49,174 nucleotides of DNA, taken from the NCBI RefSeq assembly GCF_003334255.1, contig NZ_QOWU01000040.1; one strand, given 5' to 3'. A program made the position numbers and the translations under genes. This document shows, piece by piece, positions 1 through 16,389 of the stretch. Each line of letters starts with the position of its first letter. Within the stretch, counting starts at the first letter, position 1. Below the pieces are notes generated by a model, which worked only from the letters and a program-made list of their open reading frames with translations, was not told the DNA's origin and searched no databases. The stretch is from Escherichia coli. GTDB taxonomy: Bacteria > Pseudomonadota > Gammaproteobacteria > Enterobacterales > Enterobacteriaceae.

Positions 1-8
1 CGTGTCAG

Positions 9-90
9 TGGTGGCGCATTATAGGGAGTTATTCCGGCCTGACAAGAGGAAATTTAAAATAATTTTCTGACCGCGCATTTTTTATTCTTT
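9..90 (-). promoter_or_regulatory. rrnA P1: rRNA operon P1 promoter (rrnA P1) with UP element; transcription proceeds leftward out of the window
   Basis: Minus strand reads AGAAAATTATTTTAAATTTCCTCTTGTCAGGCCGGAATAACTCCCTATAATGCGCCACCACTGACACG. The -35 TTGTCA is at 40..45, the 16-bp spacer follows, the -10 TATAAT is at 18..23, then the GC-rich discriminator GCGCCACC and an initiating A near position 9. The AT-rich UP element lies at about 46..70. This matches the canonical rrn P1 architecture; hemG lying immediately upstream fits rrnA. Confidence 0.85.
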
Positions 91-94
91 ATGC

Positions 95-640
95 TTATTT
101 CAGCGTCGGTTTGTCGGTTAAATGGGCGATTTCTCGGGCGAAATTCGCCACCTGCTCCCAATCGGTATAGACAACTTCTTTGCGCGTATCCGTTTCACCG
201 CCTGACATCTTCATAATCAGCTTGATCATAAAACGGTCGTACCAGCGATAACGTGGGTAACGCAGCGCCCCGGCAATGACCGCGCAGCGATCGGGACGCC
301 ATTGCGAGTTCATCAGAAACTTGCGCGCGTAGCTGTTGGTCTGTGGAGTACGCTTCTCCGGTTTGCGCGCCACCAGATTCACGGAGTAAAAGGCGCTCGG
401 CATCGAATTCAGCCGCGTCGCATGTTTTTTGACAAATTCCTGGAACGCTGAATGGTAGTGACCATAGCGAATAGAAGCACCAATGACCACACGGTCATAG
501 TTTTCCCACTGTGGTTCTTCAATGCGGTGCACATTGGCGACATCCGCCTGGATCCCCAGTTCTTTCAGTTCCGAAGCCAGGTAGGAGGCAATCTCGCGCG
601 TTTGTCCGTCCCTTGTTGAGAAAAGAATTAATGTTTTCAC
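95..640 (-). CDS. hemG: Protoporphyrinogen IX oxidase, flavodoxin-like, menaquinone-dependent
   Basis: 181-aa ORF starting [22 protein letters not shown], recognised as HemG; flavodoxin-like N-terminus. Confidence 0.95.
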   Translation of the reverse strand: MKTLILFSTRDGQTREIASYLASELKELGIQADVANVHRIEEPQWENYDRVVIGASIRYGHYHSAFQEFVKKHATRLNSMPSAFYSVNLVARKPEKRTPQTNSYARKFLMNSQWRPDRCAVIAGALRYPRYRWYDRFMIKLIMKMSGGETDTRKEVVYTDWEQVANFAREIAHLTDKPTLK

Positions 641-651
641 GTATTACTCCA

Positions 652-2103
652 TCATTCACGCCAGAAAGTCGGGGTAAAGAGCACCAGCAATGTAAAGACC
701 TCGAGACGACCAAACAGCATGTTGGCAATCAGGATCCATTTAGCCACCGGGTTCATACTGGTAAAGTTATCAGCAACCACGCCAAGCCCTGGCCCCAGGT
801 TATTCAATGTCGCAACAACCGACGCAAAGGCAGAAAAGTCATCCACGCCCGTGGCGATAATCGCCAGCATACTGACAATAAACACCAATGCATAGGCGGA
901 GAAAAATCCCCAAACGGCTTCGAGGATACGTTCCGGCAGTGCGCGATTCCCCAGCTTAATGCTATAGACGGCGTTCGGATGCACCAGTCGTTTCAGCTCA
1001 CGGTTCCCCTGCTTAAACAGCAGCAGGATGCGGATCACCTTCAGGCCACCGCCCGTTGACCCGGCGCAACCGCCGATAAAGGCTGAACATAAAAGCAGTA
1101 CCGGCAAAAAGAGCGGCCAGCGGGCAATGCTGTCAGTTGTAAACCCGGCGGTTGTCGCCATCGACACCACCTGGAAAAACGCCTGGTTAATTGTCATCAG
1201 CGCCGAACTGTAGACATTATGAAACCACAGTACGAGGGTACAAATAACCACCAGCGTAAACTGTACGCCGATAAACATGCGAAATTCCGGATCGCGCCAA
1301 TAAACCTTCAGACTACGCCCACTTAACAGTGAAAAGTGCAGACCGTAGTTACAGCCGGAGATCAGCAGGAAGATAGCAATGATAGTGTTAATAGTCGGGC
1401 TATCGAAATAACCGATACTGGCATCATGTGTCGAGAAGCCGCCAATAGCGATAGTCGCAAAGCTATGGCCGATGGCATCAAAGGCATCCATTCCGGCAAA
1501 CCACAACGCCAGCGCACAGGCGACGGTCAGCAAGACATAAATCAACCACAGGGTTTTCGCCGTTTCCGCAATTCGCGGGCGCATTTTGTTATCTTTCAGC
1601 GGGCCGGGCATTTCTGCGCGATAGAGCTGCATCCCACCCACGCCGAGGATAGGCAGTATCGCAACCGCCAACACGATGATCCCCATCCCGCCAAACCATT
1701 GCAGCATCTGGCGATAAAAGAGGATGGCGTGAGGGAGCGAATCCAGCCCCACCAGCGTAGTGGCTCCCGTAGTGGTCAGGCCAGAGAAAGATTCAAAAAA
1801 CGCATCGGTAATCGTGAGGTTCGGGCTTTCCGAGAAGATAAAAGGGAGCGCACCGACGCTACCCAGCACGGTCCAGAACAGCACCACTATCAGAAACCCC
1901 TCACGGGATTTAAGTTCGCCTTTCTCTTTGCGGTTCGGCCACCACAGCATAGAGCCAATGGCGAGGGCGACAAAAAAGGTCTGGGTAAAAGCGCGGCCCG
2001 CTCCATCCCGGTAGATGAGTGCTACCAGCCCAGGGATAATCATGGTCCCTGAAAATAAGATGACCAGTAGTCCAACGATTCGGGTAATGGCGCGAAAATG
2101 CAT
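652..2103 (-). CDS. trkH: Trk-system potassium uptake protein
   Basis: 483-aa polytopic membrane ORF recognised as TrkH; only 11 bp separate it from hemG, so the two are probably co-transcribed. Confidence 0.95.
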   Translation of the reverse strand: MHFRAITRIVGLLVILFSGTMIIPGLVALIYRDGAGRAFTQTFFVALAIGSMLWWPNRKEKGELKSREGFLIVVLFWTVLGSVGALPFIFSESPNLTITDAFFESFSGLTTTGATTLVGLDSLPHAILFYRQMLQWFGGMGIIVLAVAILPILGVGGMQLYRAEMPGPLKDNKMRPRIAETAKTLWLIYVLLTVACALALWFAGMDAFDAIGHSFATIAIGGFSTHDASIGYFDSPTINTIIAIFLLISGCNYGLHFSLLSGRSLKVYWRDPEFRMFIGVQFTLVVICTLVLWFHNVYSSALMTINQAFFQVVSMATTAGFTTDSIARWPLFLPVLLLCSAFIGGCAGSTGGGLKVIRILLLFKQGNRELKRLVHPNAVYSIKLGNRALPERILEAVWGFFSAYALVFIVSMLAIIATGVDDFSAFASVVATLNNLGPGLGVVADNFTSMNPVAKWILIANMLFGRLEVFTLLVLFTPTFWRE

Positions 2104-2141
2104 CTCTGCCGCTTCCTTAGTTCTGCAAAACGAAGTGGGGA

Positions 2142-2756
2142 TTATTCTTCAATCGCTAACAATTGCAATGAACCACGGCTAAAATCCGCCAGCTTTGCGG
2201 AAAATTCAGCCACTTTCGCCGCCGGAAGCGCCACCCGCAGCAGAACGAATGCCTGATAATCACTGTTGATAATTTTGCCGTCACACTGCCCCAGCAACGC
2301 TTCAATGCCGGTTAACTGATGATATTCACATTGCAAAGTATATTCGGTTAATGGCGTCTTGCGTTGGGTCGTTAGCTGGCGCAGCGCCTGATTCACGCCG
2401 CCGCCATACGCTTTCACTAACCCACCGGTGCCAAGCAATATGCCGCCGTAGTAGCGCACTACCACAGCGGTAATTTCCCCGACGCCGCTGCCCATTAGCT
2501 GGGCGAGCATCGGTTTACCTGCCGTTCCCGCCGGCTCCCCGTCGTCAGAGAAACCCAGCTGTTGAGAATCATCCGGCGCACCCGCGACCCACGCCACGCA
2601 ATGGTGCCGGGCATCGGGGTGTTCTGCCCGCACCGATTCAACAAACGCTTTCGCCGCCTCAACGCCATCGGTATGCGCCAACATCGTTATGAAGCGGCTC
2701 TTTTTGATCTCTTCAACGACCGTGACCGGTGCCGCAGGAATTAACCAGCTTTCCAT
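2142..2756 (-). CDS. yigZ: IMPACT-family protein YigZ
   Basis: Track ORF 2142..2759 (205 aa, MMESW...). I recall the protein as 204 aa starting [10 protein letters not shown], so I chose the second ATG. The alternative start is 2759. Confidence 0.85.
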   Translation of the reverse strand: MESWLIPAAPVTVVEEIKKSRFITMLAHTDGVEAAKAFVESVRAEHPDARHHCVAWVAGAPDDSQQLGFSDDGEPAGTAGKPMLAQLMGSGVGEITAVVVRYYGGILLGTGGLVKAYGGGVNQALRQLTTQRKTPLTEYTLQCEYHQLTGIEALLGQCDGKIINSDYQAFVLLRVALPAAKVAEFSAKLADFSRGSLQLLAIEE

Positions 2757-4087
2757 CACGCCAGTTTCAGATCCCGGGTCATGTTTTCCACGTTGTTTTC
2801 GTGGATCACCACGTTGTCTTCGATACGAATGCCGCCGAACGGTTTCAGTGCTTCAATTTTCTGCCAGTTGAAGTGCTTGCTGAACTGCCCTTCACGCCAC
2901 GGTGCCAGTAGCGATTCGATGAAGTAGATACCCGGTTCGATGGTTAACACCATGCCCGGCTGGAGAATACGGGTGCAGCGCAGGTACGGATATTTTGCCG
3001 GTGCCGCGAGGTGCGTACCGCTATCATCCTGCATAAAACCAGCGACGTCATGCACCTGCAGGCCCAGCGGATGGCCGATACCATGCGGCATAAACGGCCC
3101 GGTAAGATCGTTTTCGACCATCGCTTCTTCACTCATATCGGTGATGATTTGATGTTTACGCAGCAGTTTGGCGATGCGCTGATGGAACTGGATGTGGTAA
3201 TCCACATAGCTGACGCCTGCTTTCATGGTGGCGATCAGCGCCAGTTGTTCATCATTAACGTCCTTCACCAGCTGCGCGTAGTCGTTGTCACTTTTTGCCG
3301 ACCAGGTACGGGTCAGGTCAGCCGCATAGCCGTTATATTCTGCCCCGGCATCCAGCAGGAAGCTGCGCATCTCTTCCGGTGCCTGATGGTCCAGTTTGGT
3401 GTAATGCAGTACCGCAGCGTGTTCGTTAAGCGCCACAATGTTGCTGTAAGGTACGTCGGTATCACGATGACCGGTCGCGGTCAGATAGGCAATGTTGATA
3501 TCGAACTCGCTCATGCCAGAACGGAACGCTTCTTCTGCCGCGCGGTGACCGTTGACCGCCATTTTCTGCGCTTCACGCATACAGGCCAGTTCGTACTCAG
3601 TTTTGAAGGAGCGATAGTAATGCAGGTAGTCGATAACCCCTTTCGGGTTGATGTTGCTGGCCTCAATACCCAGTTGCAGCGCACGTTCCGGCACCGGACC
3701 GATATAACCGATATTGCCGCGCGCAGCAGGCAGCAGGCTACCAATGCCATCGGCTTTCGGCAGCGCGATCACTTCCACATCTTCAGTCCAGAAAGAGGTC
3801 GGCAGCGGTTCGACGTTGTGCCAGTAATCAACCGGCAGATAGAACCACAGTTTCGGCTTGTTCACGCCATCCACCAGCAACCAGCAGTTTGGCACCTGAG
3901 TTACCGGCACCCACGCTTTGAATTGCGGGTTCACTTTAAACGGATAGGGATGATCGTCGAGAAAAACATTGAACAGCTCGCCGGAGTGAATAAGTAACGC
4001 ATCCAGCTTGAAGCGCGCCAGCGCATCGCGAGTCCGTTCTTGTAAGGTAGCTATATGATTTTTATAGAGCGAGGCCAGTGATTCCAT
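2756..4087 (-). CDS. pepQ: Xaa-Pro dipeptidase (prolidase)
   Basis: 443-aa ORF recognised as PepQ (M24 metallopeptidase). Confidence 0.95.
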
Positions 4088-4234
4088 TTTTTACCCTTCT
4101 GTTTTTTTGACCTTAAGTCTCCGCATCTTAGCACATCGTTCATCCAGAGCGTGATTTCTGCCGAGCGTGATCAGATCGGCATTTCTTTAATCTTTTGTTT
4201 GCATATTTTTAACACAAAATACACACTTCGACTC

Positions 4235-4251
4235 ATCTGGTACGACCAGAT
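4235..4251. promoter_or_regulatory. FadR operator in the fadBA promoter
   Basis: Palindrome ATCTGGTACGACCAGAT about 30 bp upstream of the fadB start codon; this matches the FadR operator sequence as I remember it. Confidence 0.7.
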
Positions 4252-4276
4252 CACCTTGCGGATTCAGGAGACTGAC

Positions 4277-6466
4277 ATGCTTTACAAAGGCGACACCCTG
4301 TACCTTGACTGGCTGGAAGATGGCATTGCCGAACTGGTATTTGATGCCCCAGGTTCAGTTAATAAACTCGACACTGCGACCGTCGCCAGCCTCGGCGAGG
4401 CCATCGGCGTGCTGGAACAGCAATCAGATCTAAAAGGGCTGCTGCTGCGTTCGAACAAAGCAGCCTTTATCGTCGGTGCTGATATCACCGAATTTTTGTC
4501 CCTGTTCCTCGTTCCTGAAGAACAGTTAAGTCAGTGGCTGCACTTTGCCAATAGCGTGTTTAATCGCCTGGAAGATCTGCCGGTGCCGACCATTGCTGCC
4601 GTCAATGGCTATGCGCTGGGCGGTGGCTGCGAATGCGTGCTGGCGACCGATTATCGTCTGGCGACGCCGGATCTGCGCATCGGTCTGCCGGAAACCAAAC
4701 TGGGCATCATGCCTGGCTTTGGCGGTTCTGTACGTATGCCACGTATGCTGGGCGCTGACAGTGCGCTGGAAATCATTGCCGCCGGTAAAGATGTCGGCGC
4801 GGATCAGGCGCTGAAAATCGGTCTGGTGGATGGCGTAGTCAAAGCAGAAAAACTGGTTGAAGGCGCAAAGGCGGTTTTACGCCAGGCCATTAACGGCGAC
4901 CTCGACTGGAAAGCAAAACGTCAGCCGAAGCTGGAACCACTAAAACTGAGCAAGATTGAAGCCACCATGAGCTTCACCATCGCTAAAGGGATGGTCGCAC
5001 AAACAGCGGGGAAACATTATCCGGCCCCCATCACCGCAGTAAAAACCATTGAAGCTGCGGCCCGTTTTGGTCGTGAAGAAGCCTTAAACCTGGAAAACAA
5101 AAGTTTTGTCCCGCTGGCGCATACCAACGAAGCCCGCGCACTGGTCGGCATTTTCCTTAACGATCAATATGTAAAAGGCAAAGCGAAGAAACTCACCAAA
5201 GACGTTGAAACCCCGAAACAGGCCGCGGTGCTGGGTGCAGGCATTATGGGCGGCGGCATCGCTTACCAGTCTGCGTGGAAAGGCGTGCCGGTTGTCATGA
5301 AAGATATCAACGACAAGTCGTTAACCCTCGGCATGACCGAAGCCGCGAAACTGCTGAACAAGCAGCTTGAGCGCGGCAAGATCGATGGTCTGAAACTGGC
5401 TGGCGTGATCTCCACAATCCACCCAACGCTCGACTACGCCGGATTTGACCGCGTGGATATTGTGGTAGAAGCGGTTGTTGAAAACCCGAAAGTGAAAAAA
5501 GCCGTACTGGCAGAAACCGAACAAAAAGTACGCCAGGATACCGTGCTGGCGTCTAACACTTCAACCATTCCTATCAGCGAACTGGCCAACGCGCTGGAAC
5601 GCCCGGAAAACTTCTGCGGGATGCACTTCTTTAACCCGGTCCACCGAATGCCGTTGGTAGAAATTATTCGCGGCGAGAAAAGCTCCGACGAAACCATCGC
5701 GAAAGTTGTCGCCTGGGCGAGCAAGATGGGCAAGACGCCGATTGTGGTTAACGACTGCCCCGGCTTCTTTGTTAACCGCGTGCTGTTCCCGTATTTCGCC
5801 GGTTTCAGCCAGCTGCTGCGCGACGGCGCGGATTTCCGCAAGATCGACAAAGTGATGGAAAAACAGTTTGGCTGGCCGATGGGCCCGGCATATCTGCTGG
5901 ACGTTGTGGGCATTGATACCGCGCATCACGCTCAGGCTGTCATGGCAGCAGGCTTCCCGCAGCGGATGCAGAAAGATTACCGCGATGCCATCGACGCGCT
6001 GTTTGATGCCAACCGCTTTGGTCAGAAGAACGGCCTCGGTTTCTGGCGTTATAAAGAAGACAGCAAAGGTAAGCCGAAGAAAGAAGAAGACGCCGCCGTT
6101 GAAGACCTGCTGGCAGAAGTGAGCCAGCCGAAGCGCGATTTCAGCGAAGAAGAGATTATCGCCCGCATGATGATCCCGATGGTCAACGAAGTGGTGCGCT
6201 GTCTGGAGGAAGGCATTATCGCCACTCCGGCGGAAGCGGATATGGCGCTGGTCTACGGCCTGGGCTTCCCTCCGTTCCACGGCGGCGCGTTCCGCTGGCT
6301 GGACACCCTCGGTAGCGCAAAATACCTCGATATGGCACAGCAATATCAGCACCTCGGCCCGCTGTATGAAGTGCCGGAAGGTCTGCGTAATAAAGCGCGT
6401 CATAACGAACCGTACTATCCTCCGGTTGAGCCAGCCCGTCCGGTTGGCGACCTGAAAACGGCTTAA
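4277..6466 (+). CDS. fadB: Fatty-acid oxidation complex alpha subunit (enoyl-CoA hydratase / 3-hydroxyacyl-CoA dehydrogenase)
   Basis: Track ORF 4151..6466. Start trimmed to the ATG at 4277 ([16 protein letters not shown]), which follows a CAGGAG Shine-Dalgarno and gives the 729 aa I recall for FadB. Confidence 0.95.
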   Translation: MLYKGDTLYLDWLEDGIAELVFDAPGSVNKLDTATVASLGEAIGVLEQQSDLKGLLLRSNKAAFIVGADITEFLSLFLVPEEQLSQWLHFANSVFNRLEDLPVPTIAAVNGYALGGGCECVLATDYRLATPDLRIGLPETKLGIMPGFGGSVRMPRMLGADSALEIIAAGKDVGADQALKIGLVDGVVKAEKLVEGAKAVLRQAINGDLDWKAKRQPKLEPLKLSKIEATMSFTIAKGMVAQTAGKHYPAPITAVKTIEAAARFGREEALNLENKSFVPLAHTNEARALVGIFLNDQYVKGKAKKLTKDVETPKQAAVLGAGIMGGGIAYQSAWKGVPVVMKDINDKSLTLGMTEAAKLLNKQLERGKIDGLKLAGVISTIHPTLDYAGFDRVDIVVEAVVENPKVKKAVLAETEQKVRQDTVLASNTSTIPISELANALERPENFCGMHFFNPVHRMPLVEIIRGEKSSDETIAKVVAWASKMGKTPIVVNDCPGFFVNRVLFPYFAGFSQLLRDGADFRKIDKVMEKQFGWPMGPAYLLDVVGIDTAHHAQAVMAAGFPQRMQKDYRDAIDALFDANRFGQKNGLGFWRYKEDSKGKPKKEEDAAVEDLLAEVSQPKRDFSEEEIIARMMIPMVNEVVRCLEEGIIATPAEADMALVYGLGFPPFHGGAFRWLDTLGSAKYLDMAQQYQHLGPLYEVPEGLRNKARHNEPYYPPVEPARPVGDLKTA

Positions 6467-7639
<1,173 letters not shown>

Positions 7640-7645
7640 CCACTT

Positions 7646-7829
<184 letters not shown>

Positions 7830-7890
7830 TGGTTTGCCAGATACGTCATAGATCTAAATGCCACTGAATAACAGTTTAGTTGCCGTTCTT

Positions 7891-7917
7891 CCCGCCTGTC
7901 AGGGGCGGGTTTTTTTA
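7891..7917 (+). terminator. Rho-independent terminator downstream of fadBA
   Basis: CCCGCC-TGTCAGG-GGCGGG stem-loop followed by T8 on the plus strand. It lies 4 bp from the fre stop, but on the minus strand it is followed by no T-run. Confidence 0.7.
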
Positions 7918-7921
7918 TATC

Positions 7922-8623
7922 TCAGATAAATGCAAACGCATCGCCAAACAGGCGATCTTCCCGCGCATTACGCTCACTGCAAAACAGATCGCGGGCAATT
8001 TTCGCCATCTCAAAACGTCCGGCAATATAGATATCATGCTCTGCCAGCGTACCGTGATCCTGCAATACCGCCGTTAACACGGTGCCAGTACGCCCACGCC
8101 AGCCCGCTTCCGGTTGTTCAACCACCGGCACCACTTGCAGACCAGGATGCTTCAACGAAAGCGCCTCAAGCTCGCAGAGATCATACAGATGCTGCTCTTC
8201 ACGCCCGCCCCAGTAAATGGTGATATCACGGTTTGGGTTACGCGCCAACGCTGTCAGCAAAATCGAGCGGGCATAAGAGAACCCGGTGCCGCCCGCAATC
8301 AAAATCATCGGACGCTCTTCATCATCGCGCAGCCACGCTTCTCCGTGGGGAATGTCGACCACGATTTGATGATCTTTGAGGATGCGGTCCATGACTGCTT
8401 TCGCGTAAAGGTTGATTTCAGAAGCGCCAATATGCAGCTCGATAAACCCTTTTTCATCCGGCGTCGAAGCCATTGAGAACGGACGTTTGTCGCGCTCATC
8501 CATCACTACCATCAAATACTGACCAGCACGAAAAGAAAAGGCCGCGTCTGGCACGATGCGGACACGATATACGGTATCCGTGATAGCTTCTACCGAGGTC
8601 ACTTTACAGCTTAAGGTTGTCAT
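7922..8623 (-). CDS. fre: NAD(P)H-flavin reductase
   Basis: Track ORF 7922..8656. Start trimmed to the internal ATG ([21 protein letters not shown]) to give the 233 aa I recall for Fre. Confidence 0.9.
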
Positions 8624-8668
8624 GCGCTTTCTCTGTCGGATCGATAAATAGGGCAAAACAAACGCGCA

Positions 8669-10162
8669 TCAGGCGCTTTTACCGTTGTTAAAAATAGCCA
8701 GTTCATCCCAGATGGCGTCAATATGCGCGACAACATCTGGATCTTTTTTGATGGGACGTCCCCATTCACGCTGGGTTTCCCCCGGCCATTTATTCGTGGC
8801 ATCCAGCCCCATTTTTGAACCCAGCCCGGAGACAGGCGAGGCAAAATCCAGATAATCAATAGGCGTATTTTCTACCAGAACAGTATCCCGCGCCGGGTCC
8901 ATACGGGTGGTAATCGCCCAAATCACATCGTTCCAGTCGCGTGCGTTAACGTCATCATCGCAAACGATCACAAATTTAGTGTACATAAACTGGCGTAAGA
9001 ACGACCAGACGCCCATCATGACGCGCTTCGCGTGTCCGGCGTACTGTTTTTTGATTGTCACTACCGCCAGGCGATAAGAGCAGCCTTCCGGCGGCAGGTA
9101 AAAATCGACAATTTCCGGGAACTGTTTTTGCAGAATCGGCACAAACACTTCGTTCAGTGCGACACCCAGCACCGCGGGCTCATCTGGCGGACGCCCGGTA
9201 TAGGTGGAATGGTAAATCGCATCTTCACGCTGGGTAATATGCGTCACGGTAAATACCGGGAAACTATCGACTTCATTATAGTAACCGGTGTGGTCGCCAT
9301 ACGGCCCTTCCGGCGCAGTTTCGCCTTGTTCGATATACCCTTCCAGCACAATCTCCGCACTGGCGGGCACTTCAAGATCATTGGAGATACACTTCACCAC
9401 TTCGGTCTTGGTGCCACGTAGCAATCCGGCAAACGCATACTCTGAAAGCGTATCCGGAACGGGAGTGACTGCACCGAGAATCGTGGCGGGATCGGCACCC
9501 AGCGCCACAGAAACCGGGAAACGTTCGCCCGGATGCGCCGCACACCACTCCTGATAATCCAGCGCGCCGCCGCGATGCGACAGCCAGCGCATAATCAGTT
9601 TGTTTTTACCAATCAGCTGCTGGCGATAAATGCCCAGATTCTGCCGCTCTTTATGTGGGCCGCGCGTCACTGTCAGCCCCCAGGTAATCAGCGGCGCGGC
9701 ATCTTCCGGCCAGCAGGTCATAATGGGAATGCGATTGAGATCGACGTCATCGCCAGAGACGATTTTTTGTTGGCAGGGCGCACCACGCAGCCGCTTTGTC
9801 GGCATGTTCAATACTTGCTTAAACTGCGGCAGTTTATCAAACAGGTCGCGGAAACCTTTTGGCGGCTCCGGCTCTTTCAGAAACGCCAATAATTTACCAA
9901 CTTCACGCAGCGCCGAAACATCTTCCTGCCCCATGCCCATCGCCACGCGCTTTGGCGTACCGAACAGGTTGCACAGCACCGGCATTGAGTAGCCTTTAGG
10001 GTTTTCGAACAACAGCGCAGGCCCACCGGCACGCAAAGTGCGGTCAGCAATTTCAGTGATTTCCAGATGCGGATCCACCGGGAGCGTGATACGTTTTAGC
10101 TCACCCTGCTGTTCAAGCAGCGTCAAGAAGTCGCGTAAATCGTTATATTTCATGGCGTCCAT
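8669..10162 (-). CDS. ubiD: 3-octaprenyl-4-hydroxybenzoate decarboxylase (ubiquinone biosynthesis)
   Basis: 497-aa ORF starting [25 protein letters not shown], recognised as UbiD. Confidence 0.95.
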   Translation of the reverse strand: MDAMKYNDLRDFLTLLEQQGELKRITLPVDPHLEITEIADRTLRAGGPALLFENPKGYSMPVLCNLFGTPKRVAMGMGQEDVSALREVGKLLAFLKEPEPPKGFRDLFDKLPQFKQVLNMPTKRLRGAPCQQKIVSGDDVDLNRIPIMTCWPEDAAPLITWGLTVTRGPHKERQNLGIYRQQLIGKNKLIMRWLSHRGGALDYQEWCAAHPGERFPVSVALGADPATILGAVTPVPDTLSEYAFAGLLRGTKTEVVKCISNDLEVPASAEIVLEGYIEQGETAPEGPYGDHTGYYNEVDSFPVFTVTHITQREDAIYHSTYTGRPPDEPAVLGVALNEVFVPILQKQFPEIVDFYLPPEGCSYRLAVVTIKKQYAGHAKRVMMGVWSFLRQFMYTKFVIVCDDDVNARDWNDVIWAITTRMDPARDTVLVENTPIDYLDFASPVSGLGSKMGLDATNKWPGETQREWGRPIKKDPDVVAHIDAIWDELAIFNNGKSA

Positions 10163-10283
10163 TGTAGCCTCTTAATCTGCGCCCATTATACGGCGTTCAT
10201 CTTTGCGATGCTGTAAATTTGTTAAATTAGCGTGAACTCTGACGGTATAACGCAAACCGGGGAATATAATTAACTTAGCGTAA

Positions 10284-11596
<1,313 letters not shown>

Positions 11597-11637
11597 CCTG
11601 TACTCCATATGACAACCGCCCTGACGGGCGGTTGAAT

Positions 11638-12414
11638 TTATTCTTCAGTTTTTTCGCTTTCTGCTTCAGCGTCGTTTTCCTCTTCCCGATTTCGCCCTTT
11701 ACCAACGTAAAAGCGTGAGAAGAAGACACCGATTTCAAACAGACAGTACATCGGGATCGCCAACAGCGTTTGCGAGAAGACATCCGGCGGCGTCAGCAAC
11801 ATCCCGACAACGAATGCACCAACCAGCACATACGGGCGTTTTTTGCGTAAGTCTTCTGGCGAGGTAATCCCCATCCAGCACAGCAGCACAATTGCTACCG
11901 GCACTTCAAAGGAGACACCAAACGCCATAAACAGCGCCATAACGAAGCTTAAATAGCTGGCGATGTCGGTGGATACCTGCACCCCTTCCGGCGCGGTATT
12001 GGCAAGGAAGCCAAATGCCAGCGGAAAGACCACAAAGTAGGCGAATGCCATGCCGATATAAAACAGCAGAGAGCTGGAAACCAGCAGCGGCACCACCAGG
12101 CGACGTTCATGCTTATACAGCGCTGGGGCGATAAATGCCCACACCTGATAGAGAATCACCGGCGCTGACAGAATCAGCGACACCATAAAGGTCAGCTTGA
12201 TCGGCGTAAAGAACGGCGAGGCCACGTCGGTGGCGATCATCGTTGAACCTTGCGGCAACTGCTTGATCAATGGCGCGGATACCAGGTGATAGATGTCATT
12301 GGCGAAATAGACCAGACACAGGAATATCACGATCACCGCGATAATGCAGTTCAGCAGACGCTTACGCAGCTCAATCAGATGCGTGATAAGCGGTTGAGTA
12401 TCTTCTACAGACAT
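11638..12414 (-). CDS. tatC: Twin-arginine translocase subunit TatC
   Basis: 258-aa polytopic membrane ORF starting [21 protein letters not shown]. Confidence 0.95.
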
Positions 12415-12416
12415 GT

Positions 12417-12932
12417 TTACGGTTTATCACTCGACGAAGGGGAAGGTGCAGCGGTTTTCGGTTCAGCGTCCGCAGCAGGTTTTACCACCGGCTCTGGCGT
12501 GGTTTCTGGCTTCTGTTCCGGCGAACTGGCCTGCGTTTGTGCAGCGGCAGGCGTTACGCCCTCATGCGCAGCTTCATTATCTTTCACCACCGGGTTATGG
12601 ATGGTGTGCGCTTCATCGCTCGCCTTTTCAGGATCGTTTGCAACGTAGGAACGCTTCATCGACTCCGCGGCCTGGCGTAGTTCATCCATCGACGCTTTCA
12701 GTTCGGGCGTCAGGTTAGTGAGGCTCGCCTTTTCAACCTTTTTCAGACTGTCCTGAAACTCCTGGAGTTTTAACTCCTGGGTCAGTTCGTTCTGCACCGT
12801 TGTCGCCAGTGAACGCAACGCGCGAATCCAGCCCGCTACCGTTTTTACCGCCACAGGCAGTCGTTGCGGCCCCAGAACGACGAGGCCGATGATGAACACC
12901 AATAGCAGTTCGCTAAAACCGATATCAAACAC
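12417..12932 (-). CDS. tatB: Twin-arginine translocase subunit TatB
   Basis: 171-aa ORF starting [26 protein letters not shown]. Confidence 0.95.
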
Positions 12933-12935
12933 GGA

Positions 12936-13205
12936 TTACACCTGCTCTTTATCGTGGCGCTTCGCGTCTTCTGTTTTAGCCTGTTCCTGATTCGTATCCG
13001 CCTGCTTATCGGCGATAGTTTTCGCAGTAAAATCAGCATCCTGACTGGTTTTATCCTGCTTTGGTTCATCATCGCTCATTGCTTTTTTAAAGCCTTTGAT
13101 CGACGCACCAAGATCGGAACCGATGGAGCCGAGCTTTTTGGTGCCAAAAAGCAGTACAACGATGACGGCAATAATCAATAACTGCCAAATACTGATACCA
13201 CCCAT
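12936..13205 (-). CDS. tatA: Twin-arginine translocase subunit TatA
   Basis: Track ORF 12936..13247. Start trimmed to the internal ATG ([21 protein letters not shown]), 89 aa, which follows a GAGGA Shine-Dalgarno. Confidence 0.9.
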   Translation of the reverse strand: MGGISIWQLLIIAVIVVLLFGTKKLGSIGSDLGASIKGFKKAMSDDEPKQDKTSQDADFTAKTIADKQADTNQEQAKTEDAKRHDKEQV

Positions 13206-13283
13206 ACATGTTCCTCTGTGGTAGATGATGATTAAACAAAGCCGCATTATACGTTACACGGCCCGCCTTGAGCGATGAAAAAA

Positions 13284-15526
<2,243 letters not shown>

Positions 15527-15539
15527 TTCCGGTCTCCTG

Positions 15540-16295
15540 TCAGAACTTATAACCACGATGCAGCGCCACAACCCCTGCCGTCAGATTGTAGTAGTCGACA
15601 CTTTCGAATCCGGCATCCTGCATCATGGCTTTCAGGGTATCCTGATCGGGATGCATACGGATGGATTCTGCCAGATAACGGTAGCTGTCGGCGTCGTTCG
15701 CGACCAGTGAGCCAATACGCGGCAGCACATGGAAGGAGTATGCATCATAGGCTTTGCTCAGCGGCTCGATAATTGGCTTCGAGAACTCAAGCACCAGCAG
15801 GCGGCCGCCGGGTTTCAGCACGCGATACATTGAACGCAGTGCTTTATCTTTGTCGGTGACGTTACGCAGACCAAACGAAATGGTGATGCAATCAAAGGTG
15901 TTATCCGGGAACGGCAGCGCCTCAGCGTTCGCCTGAACATACTCAACGTTGCCAATCACACCGATATTACGCAGCTTCTCGCGGCCCATTTTGAGCATGG
16001 ATTCATTGATATCAGCAAGGACCACTTTGCCAGTTTCTCCGACCAGGCGGGAGAATTTCGCTGTCAGGTCGCCGGTGCCACCAGCCAGATCCAGCACGGT
16101 CTGCCCACGGCGTACGCCGCTGCAATCAATCGTGAATCGCTTCCACAAACGATGAATACCAAATGACATCAAATCATTCATGACATCGTATTTTGATGCC
16201 ACGGAATGGAAAACGTGGGCGACCATATCCGCTTTTTGTTCCTTCGCGACGGTCTGAAAACCAAAGTGCGTCGTTTCTTGTGACTTATCCACCAT
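15540..16295 (-). CDS. ubiE: Ubiquinone/menaquinone C-methyltransferase
   Basis: 251-aa ORF with a SAM-dependent methyltransferase motif ([11 protein letters not shown]). Confidence 0.95.
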
Positions 16296-16389
16296 CTCAA
16301 TGCCTGCTCATCAAAAAATTGTTCCAGAAGTGTAACAGATTGGGCGTCGATGCCCTAGATTTCTACCCGGCTTAACTACTCCCAATGGG

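Noticed and set aside
4151-4276. N-terminal extensions in the six-frame track (fadB from 4151, fre to 8656, tatA to 13247, ubiJ to 15571, ysgA from 18915, yigL to 25076, yigI from 30435, corA to 33739, uvrD to 37356, hemC from 44363)
   Set aside because: The track reports the longest ORF. In each case an internal ATG matches the N-terminus and length I recall for the protein, and where I checked it is preceded by a Shine-Dalgarno-like sequence.
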